From assembly GCA_045837725.1 (NCBI GenBank), contig JBEWZL010000202.1:434001-498000 (forward strand): a DNA stretch of 64,000 nt, read 5' to 3'. The stretch is from Vermamoeba vermiformis (taxonomy: Eukaryota). Each line of letters starts with the position of its first letter. Positions within the stretch are counted from its first letter, which is position 1. Below, piece after piece: positions 21,918 to 34,237 of the stretch. The notes under the pieces were generated by a model. It saw nothing but the letters and a program-made list of their open reading frames with translations. It did no database searches and had not been told where the DNA came from. The position numbers and the translations under genes are program-made.

Positions 21918-24900
21918 ATGCTACAACACGCTCAGCACCCCACACAATTTTTCGGCGCACCCCAGTGCAGCGATAATATGGTCGAAGACATGGATATCGA
22001 CGCCGAAGAGGAATGCAATGTCCCGACTCTCAAGGTAAAATCATAAAATCAATTCAATCGCGAGTTACTCGCAGCATAATTGATTGCTTAAATTATAAAA
22101 AGATTAATAGATGATACAAATCTTGCATTCAATAATTTAATTATGATACTGTGTTTCATTTTCTAACCTGCTTTTGGATATGAATTCCAGAGCTTGTGTC
22201 AGAAGGCTGTTATTCGCCATATATCCCAATTTCGCGAATTAAATTTGCCCAACGAGCTTCTAGAAAAGGTTCTATCGAATCTCCGTCAAGCCGGGAAATT
22301 GGATGATAACAACATTACCTTCTTTGCACCTCTCTCGGAGGTAGATGTGTCCGGAAACCCGATCAGCGACCACGGCATTCGGATATTCGCGCAGAAAGCG
22401 AGCGCAAGGGTATGAATCAAACTCATAAATATCATTTGATTGGAGCTGTCAGTATTTTAAAATTGTGAGCTTTTGTTACGGCCGCCTAGTGATTCAAAAT
22501 ATTTCGTGTGGTGAAATTTCACAGTCTGATTGATTCATTTCTTTAGTTGCGTTCCATCAACTTAGAGGGCCTCACCATTACAGACTCTTCCATCCTTAGT
22601 CTTGCAAAACAATGTGCTTATCTCGAAGGAATATACCTTGGAAGTTGTGCGGAAATAACAGATTCAGCCTTTCGGGATTTGACGAAGCATTGCACAAAAT
22701 TAAGTAATATTAACATTAAGTGTAAGTATATTATATACGTGATCGAAATAACCTATTTTAACGCTTCTCTACAGCTTGCCATCTCATTTCGGACACAACT
22801 GTCGAGCGTTTGGCTACTTTGCCGAATTTAAAACACATGATCTTATCGAACTGCTACAACATTACTGATGCATCTGCGCAGCATATTATTAACAGCCATA
22901 CGATGCGTCAATTGGCCGAGGTTTCGTTCAGCGGTTGCACGAACATTTCAACGGCCGCTATTAAGCGCGTCGTTGCTCATTGCAGTTCAAGCTTGCAGTT
23001 CATCCGACTGGACTATTGCACTCAATTCGTAGACGAGGATATTCGAGATATACTAAGTTGTAAGTATCTTGCTATCAAACATTGCGCGGATTCTAACTCT
23101 CACCAGCCGCACCCAATTTGCGAGCGATCTCTCTTTCGCATTTGCCTCGATTAACCAACGAGGTTTTGACCTATTTGGAGAAGTTTGGAAGCGCCTCGCT
23201 GGAGACCGTGGAGCTCGCTGGAAACGTCGGATTAGATCAGCCTCAAATCAAATCCTTGGCCCAAAAGAGAAACTTTAAGTTATTGGGAGGATTAATATCC
23301 ATCAATATCCTCCGTAACCACTCTCAGCTCAAGGTATGTTGGACATCGAAAATTGTTTGCCAAATTAATTAATGCGAGTCAAAATTGTTCCGGCAATCCA
23401 CGGATTGGTTGGATTAATATCAATGCCAGTTTATACCTTTTGTCAATTGAAGTTATTTAATTCTATTGAATCTCTTAATTATTGGCCCTATTTGGCCCTA
23501 AAATTTATCCTTGCAAAAGTTTTTTCGGCGTGGTGATCCGAAATTTCAGTACTGACCTGGATTATGTAGCCATTGAACGTTAGTGTTGATCGATTTTCAA
23601 CTGCCGAAGAGTTAGCAGCTCGTATCCAAGCTTTAATAGCAAACGAGGAGCCAAGGAGTGACAGGTACGCCAGTAAATCCGCGTGTAGCAGGATCTCTCT
23701 TGGATCCACGTTAATTTTTAATGTTCGTAGATTTGCCATCAGACGAGTGACGTACCGTAAGAACGGAACCCTTCGCCCGTCTACAGCTCTTCAAGCTAGC
23801 GAGAGCCAAGATCTGATCTCGAAATTATTGGGCGAGAAGAAAAAGCACTTGTTTTTGGATCAATCGAAAGCGGATCCACGAGACATTAATGGTCATATAT
23901 TCATCACGATTAAGCAGTGGAATGCAGAGAAGAAGTTGCCTGAATACGTCTGCGGACTGACAGTACCGAGTACAATGCTGTTACGCGAATTGAAGAGTTA
24001 TTTAACCGCGCATTATTTGCCCAAAATTCCAGCCGATCAAATGATTATCGTCGAAGAGGAAACAGAATTGAGAGTTAATATCCTATTAAACGACTCCCTG
24101 CCGTTGTCGATGTACGGGTAAGTAGATCTTGCAAACTATATACATCAAACTCCGTCCCAGGAATGAGAATTTCCATAATTCCTTAAATGTTAAATCCATT
24201 CCAATCAGCGTAATATTTCAAGCATTGAGTTTTACCGGGCACTCCGGAAGATCCAATTTCTAAAAGAAGCTAATTTTAATTCGTTACCATTATTTAGGCT
24301 AATCTCCGGCGACATCTTGCATGCTGAATTGATTTCTCCGCACCACTTTGACAACAATGGTTTCATCGCTCATTCGTTCTGCGCTGATTACTACGTCAAT
24401 CAAAAAGTCAAAATTACTGTGCAAGAAACAGACGAGTCATTTATTCGACGCGCGAAACATTTCCCTTATCTGGCCTCTACGCCTTTGAAATTCGATATTT
24501 CGGTCAAGGTAGGAATTCATTTCAATAATTTGACATAGCGAGGTGGAATTTTTTGAATTTTAACTAATTTGGTAATTTCATGTTTCAGGGAACTGTTAGA
24601 TTAACCAAGCTACAAGAAGAAATTGCAGCATTAACCGGAGTCGAACCGCAATATCAAAGACTTTCCACACGAGTTGAACCTCACATCTGGATCCGCGGTA
24701 GCTCAAAGCGAATCGTGGAAGCATTGAGCGGCAATTTATGGCTCCTGCTTGATGTCGACTCAAATAAGATGGATTCAGATAAAATGGCCATTCCAGTCAC
24801 GTTATTCAAACCAGCTTCGAATCCACAGGCCAACAACGACGCGCAAATGGTCATTATTGAAAGACGAGCGACTTTCTATCAGCTGAAAGAAAAATTGGCG

Positions 24901-25485
24901 AAATTGTACCATATTCCCGTACAGCGACAGCTATTAACTGAAGTGCAACTCGATCCAGTGATGCAGATCACCTATTACAAACGACTGTTCACGAATGATA
25001 ATGCAGTCTTGGGCTTCACAAACATTAAGACCATTAGGCTGTTAGAGCTCGAAAGTTCTGATTTGGTAAGTCAAGAGAATTCAATTCGCGAGCGTAGACA
25101 TTTTATTGACTAAATTTTTTTTTGTTAGAACCCAGCAAGATACCTCCCGAACGAGTTGATCGTAATGCAATTAGCTCGATTTTGGGGCTGGGACATGACG
25201 CGAACGATTCCGTGCATGAAAATGAGCGATCCAGAGTTGATTATTGTGCCGGTGAAGCACGTTAGATTTGTTGATTTTTGGTGTAATGTTGCCAACAAAT
25301 TCAGCGTGCCGAGCCACAGCATGCAATTGACTTGCTCGCCAATCTATCCTGTCTACGACAACCACTTGTTGAAGCTGACACTCGATGGATTGGCTCCCCA
25401 CAACTACCAATATATGATGCTCGATAAGTTCGGATTTGACCATCTCGACTTCATCGTGGCATCAGATATCTCTAGACCCTTGTAA
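21918..25485 (+). CDS. BC-box-like + Cys-containing LRR (AMN1/FBXL type) protein with C-terminal ubiquitin-like repeats
   Basis: VPTLKSLCQKAV motif and LxxLxLxxCxxITD repeats. C-terminal segments resemble Ubl folds: LRELK..L, LQEEIAALTGVEPQYQRL, LKEKLAKLYHIPVQRQLL. Confidence 0.65.
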
Positions 25486-26181
25486 AGTGTAAATTTTTCG
25501 AAATATAAAACTGCGGCGAACTTAAATGTAATAACGGCAGATCTCTAGTCATTCTTTTGAAATTAACCATAGACGATTACAAACAACGGTACTTTTAATT
25601 CCGATATTTTGTCTGATGGCTCGCGTTCATGAAATTATTGCCGAATGATTTAAATTTTAACTGCTTATACTTTAACTAATCGTCCACACTAGTTTTTCCG
25701 AGTTTCGAAAGTTGACATTCGGCTGATGTTAATTAATGAGAGTTACAAATCAAAGCTCGGAAACAAGATACGAAGCTAAAAATATCTATTGAAAGAGCAA
25801 GCCAAGATTAGGTTACCTCTGGTTTTAATCTTTATCTTTTAATTGATGAAGAGTCCCTTTCATAGCTTTTTGCATGCGAGAGGCACCAAGAGTTTACGGC
25901 ACGAGTGATAGAAGCGCTCGCGAAGTGTCAAGGCTAAATCTGCGATTTCGAAACTTTTTAAGGTGATTGAGGCTAGGTTTGGTACGTGAGACAAAGGTAT
26001 GGTTAATTTGCAAATTTATTATTTACCAAAATATTTGAGTTCAACCGTTCGAGTTCCAACTTTCCGAATCCTGCTTTATGAAGATCCAATCGATGCGACG
26101 CCATTGTCGTGGAGGCAGTGCAATTTATTCGAGTCTTGAGCCTAGTCGTGTCGTATTAAGGTCTTAAGGCCGGTGCTTCAC

Positions 26182-27700
26182 CTAAAAAGTACGGCGGATC
26201 CATTCGTCAACTTTCTGTGCCAATTCAATCTCTTTGCCAAAATAAAAGTGATCAATATCGTCAAAGACATAGAATTCTTTTGGGTTCGGAAATTTTGAAA
26301 TTCTGTCGTGGAACTTGGACACGCCCGTAAAGTTATCGTTCGAGCCGATCAGGAACAGTTTTGGCTTGGTTGTTTTGCCTTTATCGAGCAGGTATCCCAA
26401 TAGCATTATAGTAAGTGGCCCTGTGAATAAGAAAATATCAATATGAAATCTATTAGGCCTAATTCAAGTTCAAAAATTGTTCTCAAAATGAACCTTTTCC
26501 TTGGTTTTAAAAAAAGAGCAGATCCTTACAGAGGTCGAATCAGATAAATAATACGATTCTTAGCAATTTAAAAATAAAAAAAAGAGAGGGGGACCAATTA
26601 CGGCCTGTTGTACAATGCACGTCTGATCCGTTCGCAAGTCAAGTTCAAACCAGCAAGCCAATCTGACCTCAAACTCACGCCACGACCCTCTAAGAATAAA
26701 TTGTTCAATCTTCGATGCACAGCGCGGTGGCTGGCAGGCTTAGAGATTAAACTAAGCAGAACAGATACTACACTTCGATCGGAGCCAAGGCTCGGAGAAG
26801 GTACTTCTAAGTTGTCTGCTTAGGCTTCATATAGCTACGTTTGAATTATGAGGGATAATTTACGGGACCAAAGTAAAATTTTTGGTCAAGAAAGGTGTTA
26901 GAAGTTGCGGATGTACTTCTCTAAGAATTCGCGAAGTGCACTTACCAAAAGGATAACTGATCGAGGCATAACCAATGACTTGTTCAATATCATCGGCCAC
27001 TGAACTGGCTATAGCACTGCCGTACGAGTAACCAACAAGCAGAATTCTTTTGATCGCGTGATCTGTTTGGCCGAGTAAGTATTTGCAAATCTAAAGAATA
27101 TTAATATGAGTATAATACAACATGTATTATCAATATTACTCGAAGCAATTACTTACGCTACGCACGTCATCGCGTTCTTTTCCTCCTCTCCAAGATCCTT
27201 TTCCTAAATAAACTAAATTAGTACAAATATTACAAATAATTACTATAGAGGACAAAGTATATTAGGCATATTGAATTGAGATTGTAGAATCACAAATATT
27301 CAATAGCGAATTGAATTTAGGCAAATTTGAATAACAACAAATTTTCCTCACCAAATATCACCGAGAATAATACGAACAATAATTGTATTAGGCAGTATTT
27401 AAATTTGGACGTATTTAGAATACCTTTAGAGTTTCCTACGCCTCGGAAATTGAATCTAATGCAGGTACAGCCCAAGTTTCGGCTTAAATACTGACATAGT
27501 GCCACCACTACGTTGTTTTCCATATCTCCACCAAGCATTGGCATCGGATGCGTTATAACAATCCCGAGATCATCAAATACTGTTGGGACTCGATCAGCGG
27601 GCAGTGTTGTAATTCTAGCTTCGAGTTCGTCTTTGGAATCATTTACAGGCACGAATATCTTGTTTTCGTGATATTTAGTGTTATTATTGTTGCGTTCCAT
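26182..27700 (-). CDS. Alpha/beta hydrolase
   Basis: THPMPMLGGDMENNVV, RFNFRGVGNS, nucleophile elbow GYSYG, GSNDNF and DHFY; 4 exons. Confidence 0.88.
26599..26805 (-). ncRNA. U2: U2 spliceosomal snRNA (divergent), inside hydrolase intron 26421-26945
   Basis: Minus strand GTACCTTCTCCGAGCCTTGGCTCCGATCGAAGTGTAGTATCTGTTCTGCTTAGTTTAATCTCTAAGC... contains the branch-pairing GTGTAGTATCTGTTCT. It also has stem IIa GCTTAG/CTAAGC, stem IIb, IIc complement AGATTGAA, stem III loop GCTTGC and loop IV ATTGTAC. Confidence 0.9.
26860..26867 (-). promoter_or_regulatory. DUSE-like snRNA upstream element TCCCGTAA about 63 nt upstream of U2
   Basis: One mismatch from the Dictyostelium upstream sequence element WCCCAYAA, at the same distance from the RNA start. 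Confidence 0.55.
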
Positions 27701-27777
27701 CGTGTCAGATCAAAATAATTTAAAAAAAGGAAATCAAATTTATTCTGCATCCAACACAGAACGTTAATACAATAATA

Positions 27778-29522
27778 ATGGCAAAAGTTAATAAGTTCAA
27801 AGGAGCGAGTTATTTTAGGCAACGCATTGTTTGCTCAACTTTGTCAGGACAAGCGATCTTGATTCGCGAAATCCGTGAAAGAGAAGAAAAGCCAGGTCTT
27901 ACAGGTACATTCACGATATAATATTTATGTACAAATAATGGTGGCCTTATCATTAATTTTGGAATCAACCATAAAAATTAGTTATGCGATCCACATCGGA
28001 TCGTTTTTAGAATCAGCTTTCTAATTGAGAGAAAAATCAATCCTGGCCACATATTAATAATTTATATCATTTAGAATACGAAGCTAGTTTGTTGCGATTA
28101 ATTGAGAAAGTAACAAATGGATGCGTTATCGAGATCGATCACACAGGTATGTCTATTTTTCTAATCGCCGATCAATAATAATACAAGTGGTGATCATAAT
28201 TGTGTCTTTAAATCTTATAAAGATAGAGTTTGCAGTAAATTACATTGGCAAACACATCTAGTTTAACGCTACCCCTCATTATAGGTACACAAGTCTACTA
28301 CAAGCCCGGCGCTATTGTCGGTGGTCGTGTGACTCATGATTGCGGTCGTGAGCGCGCTATTGGCTATTTCCTCGAAGCACTCGTCTGTCTCGCGCCATTC
28401 GGCAAAGAACCGCTCAAAGCAACTCTCACTGGTATCACTAATCATCACAACAACTTGGACATTTCAGTATGTTACTTATTTTGTCTATTAAGCATCTAGA
28501 CGAATGTCGCGATAGTTGTAGAAAAGTTGCTAACGTTTCTGCTTTACAAAGGTGGATCTGTTCCGTACCGTTACATTGCCTACACTGCGTCATTTTGGCG
28601 TTGAGGATGGATTACAATTCAAAATTGAGAAGCGAGGAGCACCACCAAACGGAGGAGGTCAAGTCTATTTCAATTGCCCCATTGTCAAGGCCTTGAAGCC
28701 TATTCAGTTAATTGCAGACTCGAAAGTCAAACGCATCCGAGGCATTGCTTATTCAGCACGTGTTTCACCTCAGTTTGCTAACAGAATGGTTGAAGCCGCT
28801 AAGGGCACACTACTCAAGTTCTCAGGCGATGTGTTCATATACACCGATCATTACAAAGGTACGTGCAGATCCATGCTGACCCCCATCTTGCAACTATTGA
28901 CTAGCTTCGCATGGTTGCGATATTGTTCATAATTTATGTGTACGCAGTTCTCACCTGTTACTATCAATAGGCAAAGAATCAGGCAGTTCACCGGGTTTTG
29001 GATTGAGTCTCGTGGCCGAAACTACTGCGGGAACGTTGTTTGCAGCGGAAACAATGGGAACAGCGGGAATATTGCCTGAAGACGTTGCAAGTGAAAGCTG
29101 TCAATTATTGATGCAAGAGCTAATGATGGTACGATACGCATGACGATTTATTTTAAGATAATTTTTTAATGGGTCGGATCCTCTTTCTCGATTACGATTT
29201 GCTATTTAGTATAGCCAATATTATGAACGATAATCAAACAAAGTACTTATCGTTAAGGCTTTATACTCACTGTGGTATCATTTAGGGAGGAGCAGTCGAT
29301 ACTATGCACCAGCCAATGACGTTTTTATTGATGACTTTATCGCCCGAAGATATCTCTAAAGTTAGAATAGGCAAATTATCACCATACAGCATTGAGATGT
29401 TGCGAAATATTAGAAAGTTTTTTGGCGTCACGTTTAAAATTGAACCTGACGTTGAATCGAAGACAGTAATGTTAACTTGCTTAGGCATTGGATTTAACAA
29501 TATGTCTAGACGTGTGATTTAA
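27778..29522 (+). CDS. RCL1: RNA 3'-terminal phosphate cyclase-like protein (18S processing)
   Basis: FRQRIVCSTLSG, YEASLLRLIEKVTNG, HDCGRERAIGYFLE, RGAPPNGGG, SPGFGLSLVAET and LTCLGIGFNN. Confidence 0.95.
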
Positions 29523-29620
29523 ATAAAGGCTAAGTTTTACCGAATATTTCAATAGCACATTACAGTAATTTGTTCGTTCAGAGCACCGCTACGGACGGCA
29601 CTGGGTTACTTATTCAATCC

Positions 29621-32440
29621 ATGGCATCGATTAATTATAAGACATTAGGTGACTCAAATGATGAGAGCGAATCTGACGGATCTAACCGTCCACAAGAGCT
29701 GTTAGAACTAGATGCCATTATTTCTGCACTGAAGGCACCTGGAACTTTTGCATGCGGTGGAACGTTGCCTTCAATGTATCCAGGTAGGGCCATCCTAAAT
29801 ATTCCTGATCGGATCCCAATTATCCCTTCCATCAATTAAGCTCTACAATATTCTAGAAAATTCAGCATTTATTTTTCATATTTTTTTGCATTAATTAGGT
29901 AAATATTTATTTAGTATTAGTAATTCGTAATTCTGAGAAAGTTGTTGGCAAAAGGTTAATAATGGCTTACTAGGTCTGCACATTAATGGCTACGGCGATG
30001 TAAGTTTGCCTCTTCGCGATCAAGACGCCAAACAAATCATCTCTCTGTGTCAACGAGCACCATTTGGTCGAGGCGAAGAAACAATTGTCGACGTCACAGT
30101 CAGAAACACTTGGCAGCTAAGTACGAGCATCCATTCATCTCAATCTACTTACCAATTGATGCGAGGCGCCTGCTCCTAACATTTGGTTTGGGTTTAGGTC
30201 CATCAGAAGTGCAAATAAAAAACAAAGAGTTCGTGCAACATGTCAACGCACTCGTGTCAAACACCATCGCAGTCGAGCTGGGTCTTGGCACGTCATCCAC
30301 AATCGGTGCACAGCTGTACAAAGTGTTGTTGTACGAGCCAGGAGGGTTCTTCGTGCCACACAAAGACACGGAGAAACAAGCAGGCATGTTCGGTTCACTG
30401 GTGATCACTCTTCCTTCCACATTCAGCGGTGGAGCACTCGTGGTGCAGCATCAAGACATGTCACACACATTCACAGTCGACAATCCGTCGTTCACCATGT
30501 CGTACGTTGCGTTCTTTGCAGACTGCAAACACGAGATACAACCAGTGACGTCAGGACATCGCTTGGCACTCGTGTACAATCTCATTAGTCTCGACAAGGG
30601 CCCTCTTCCCAGTCCAACGAGCAATGAATCAGTTCATGCGGCCGTAGAGTGCATTAAGAAGTGGAAACAAACGACGTCAAATCCAAGGGTACGTTCTGCA
30701 TTGCCCTAATATTTCGTTAGACCTGACATTGTCTGCAGGTTATGTTCGTACTTCAGCACCAGTATACGCCAGCAGGTCTATCATTTCAAGTGCTAAAGAA
30801 CAAAGATCGAGCGGTCGCGCAGTTGCTGCAAGAGGCACTCAAAGAGGAGCCTGACTTGGAGCTGACATTGGCTCTGTTGAACTTCTCGAAGTACGGCAGT
30901 GGCTCCAGCAAGTACGACATTGATTACGATGACGCAGAGGCGAAGATCGGCACGTTGATCAATTCGAATGGAGAGAAGTTTGATATTGATATTCCCATCG
31001 GCTTAAATGGTATACTAGTTCAACTATAGCTGGGTACTGACTTTACTTAGATTTTTATCCCGCTGATGCGTTCGATAACTGCGATCATAGTGAACGTTCA
31101 GTAGAAGAGGCAACGGGCAATGAAGGTGCAACGGCTACTTTGCGCTATCATAAAGCAGTAGCACTTATTTGGCCCAAGGCTAACTGGTTGGATCTGATGT
31201 GCGGATGCAAGCAAGTCGATGCTGTTGCTCATCTGACAAGACGATTATCAACGTGCTCTGTGATGGAAGAGCGAGATACACCTGATTGGCAACAATGCAA
31301 ACAGATCGCCGAATTGATCATTGAAAAACATGCTGAGATGGAGTTGGATGGACAGTTTTTGGTTGCACTGACGAAGATTGGAGATTTCGAGCTAGTTCAG
31401 AAATACTTTCAAAGAATTAAGAAAACTCGGTGGAGAAATGACGAGGTTAGGGAGAGGCAGTTCTACGCTGCATTTGAGGTGTGCGTCGCTCAGTTTGGAT
31501 GGGATCCGATGCAACCACTAATCGAGCACGTGTTGTACAGTAAGTTCTCCTAGTCTCATTCGAATATAGGTCTAACGTTGCATATATACAGCTTTGAATT
31601 ACAGCGTGTCAATCTTTTTGCATCACTTCGCAGAATCGTTTGAACAGCGAGATCCGCAGACACAGTCACGGATCCAGGTTTACATCCGAAAATACGCAGA
31701 TGGCACGTTGAATAAGAAGGGTAGCTACAATAGTTTATACGAGAGGGAAGCCATAGACCTCGTCGAGTTATCGTGCGCAATTGATCGGACACTATTAACT
31801 CCGGTAAGGCTCTTGATCTAGATCGAGTAGCTTGAGATTAACGCGATTATGTCAGATATTCACTAAAGTGAAGATGAGCTACACTGATATCGACAAGCAG
31901 CTTATTCCGCTGCTGAAAAAACTTCATGAAAACGCACCAAGCGTTGCTCAATCAGACGATTACATCACCCTCGTCAAGTCCTGCATGACTGTATTGCAAC
32001 AGCGCATTACCGATTCATTGGCAGTGCCTGACACGTGGTCATTCGGCACTTTTCAGCCGTGCGAGCCATACTGCCCGGACTGCTCCAAGGTCAGATCTTG
32101 CATCGAACGATTTCCGCGTAGTGTTTCTGACGTCTATTTTTAGCTTAAAGATTTCATGTTAAGTCCGACGCAAATGGAATTCAAACTGAAAGCACAATCG
32201 AAAATTCACAACCATCTCACAAAACACCTGAATGAGCTTTACCCAGGTCAATTTAAATTCGGACAAGAAGGCAATTATCCTTATACTTTTATTGCTACTA
32301 AGATTGGCAAAGAATCTGATGCGGGAAGGAAAAAGGCAGCAGCAGACACCGCAACTTTAAAGCAGTTGGAAGATCTGTTGGAGAAAGATCCGGAGCAGCG
32401 AGCGAACAAGCGACAGAAAATAACTCACGATACTTCTTGA
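29621..32440 (+). CDS. 2OG-Fe(II) oxygenase-domain protein with helical C-terminal region
   Basis: APFGRGEETIVD..VRNTW, LYKVLLYEPGGFFVPHKDTEK (HxD), ADCKHEIQPVTSGHRLALVYNL and EEATGNEGA. Confidence 0.88.
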
Positions 32441-32787
32441 AGATGTTATAAATAGAACTTTTTTTGTGACACTATGTGAATATAATCTCGTTCAATCTGG
32501 ATCATGTTTTCCGTGTACATTTTGACGTGCCATTGCTGCAAAAATAGCACAGCTTGTACGGTGCGGTGCTATGAATTGCTGATTCATTACTGAAAATTTA
32601 AAGCTTGCCGGCCGTATTCTTGATGATTTGAAATAATTCTAACCGATTGTACGAGCAAACGAGTATCAAAGCAAGAAACAAACTCGAACGTCAATTTGAC
32701 ATCAATTGTGTTCGCTGTCTTTTTTGGTTCGCTCTGACAAAATCAACCTAGTTACAGACTAGAAGACACAACACAGCAAACTCAAAG

Positions 32788-34197
32788 ATGATGCGTATTC
32801 TTTTTGTTGCGTGTGCAGGTATGTAGATTGGCGCCATGAATTTACTTTGACAACTTCCTCGCTAAACTAAATCAAATAAAATTTCAATATACGTCGCTGA
32901 ATTAAATTTATGCTGCAAAATTAGTATAAAGCCTGAATACGAAGCTTCGCCAAAGCAGCAAAAACTAAATTTGGCGAATAACTAACCGTTTATTAGTCAT
33001 TGCCGTTGTCCAATCCTTCCACTCTCCTTCCTTGCAAAGGATGCTATGCCCTTTGGTGGTGTCGCTCATTTAACGACAACTGTCATTGGTTCGAAGATTT
33101 ACTTTTTCGGAGGGATGTCAGATGTGGAATATTTGGGCAGTGATTATGCTTATAGCTACGATACAACAACCGACGAATGGAAAAGGCTAACGAATATTCC
33201 GTATGTTCGGTATGGAATGTGCAGTGCAACGGATGGAGAACAGATTTGGATTTTTGGTAAGGAATCGTTCCTTTTTTCTAGATTTGCAACGATTTTATTA
33301 ATCTTATCGTAAAAAATAGGAGGTTATGATGACAGAGTAGCTACGGATGCGGGCTTTGATTTTCGAGGTCGTTACTTTGTTGCCAACGACACCTGGGACT
33401 ATAGTCAGCTGCCTAAATACGTCTATGGGTGCTCCTCTAAGTACATTAACGAGACAAATAAGATTCTCATCGTTTACGGATTAACTCCTGCGTGGATGTT
33501 CGATCCAGCAACAGAGCAGATCACCGACCTTTCTGCTAACTTTCCTGGAAATATTCGAGACCTTGCTGCCGGCTCCGTGCTGTACGATGGCAAGTTATGG
33601 CTCGCTGGTAGTATCCATAACAGCAGTGTCTTCAGAACAGTTACTACTGATGGCTTGGCTTGGGGAGAAAAGGCAACCAATCCGAATGGCTTTGCGTACA
33701 TTGGCATGGTGCAATTAGGCGATGTGATGCTCACGTTCGGTGGTAACAACAACACCGAGGATTCTGGACCTGGCACCAGTATCATCAACCAGTACAACAT
33801 CACGAGTGATACATGGACGACGCTTGACACCGAATTGCCGCTGCCACTCAACGGTGTCGCTGCCGAGCTCGTCGGACCGAGCATTTATCTCTTTGGCGGC
33901 ATATTTTTCAACGGCTCTGCTCTAGAGCTCACTGACAAATGGTGGATCGTGCCTTGCGTTGCTCCTGACGTGTGCGAGTACGGCTGCAATGTGACTAGCG
34001 GGCAGTGCAATGGCCCTCAATTGCCTACTCCACCCATGACACCTGTCGCTGATTCAACGGCTCCATCTGGAAATGCACCATCAGCGACTCAGTCTCCGGT
34101 TACATCACCTCAGTCAAAAACGTCACGTGCTTCTTCCTTCCTCGCGAATGGAGTATTACTTGCGGTGATAGTGTTGGCAATTGAGTTGTTGTGTTGA
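32788..34197 (+). CDS. Secreted or GPI-anchored-like kelch-repeat protein
   Basis: Signal peptide, GG..Y..W kelch repeats, a Pro/Ser/Thr stalk and a hydrophobic C-terminus. Confidence 0.8.
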
Positions 34198-34237
34198 AGC
34201 AAGCAAATAAATGACGTAACAAGTCGCTCGTTCATTT

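Noticed and set aside
25500-26180. Gene or ncRNA in the largest intergenic gap
   Set aside because: Coding-like patches are broken by stops in all frames, and I recognised no RNA motif.
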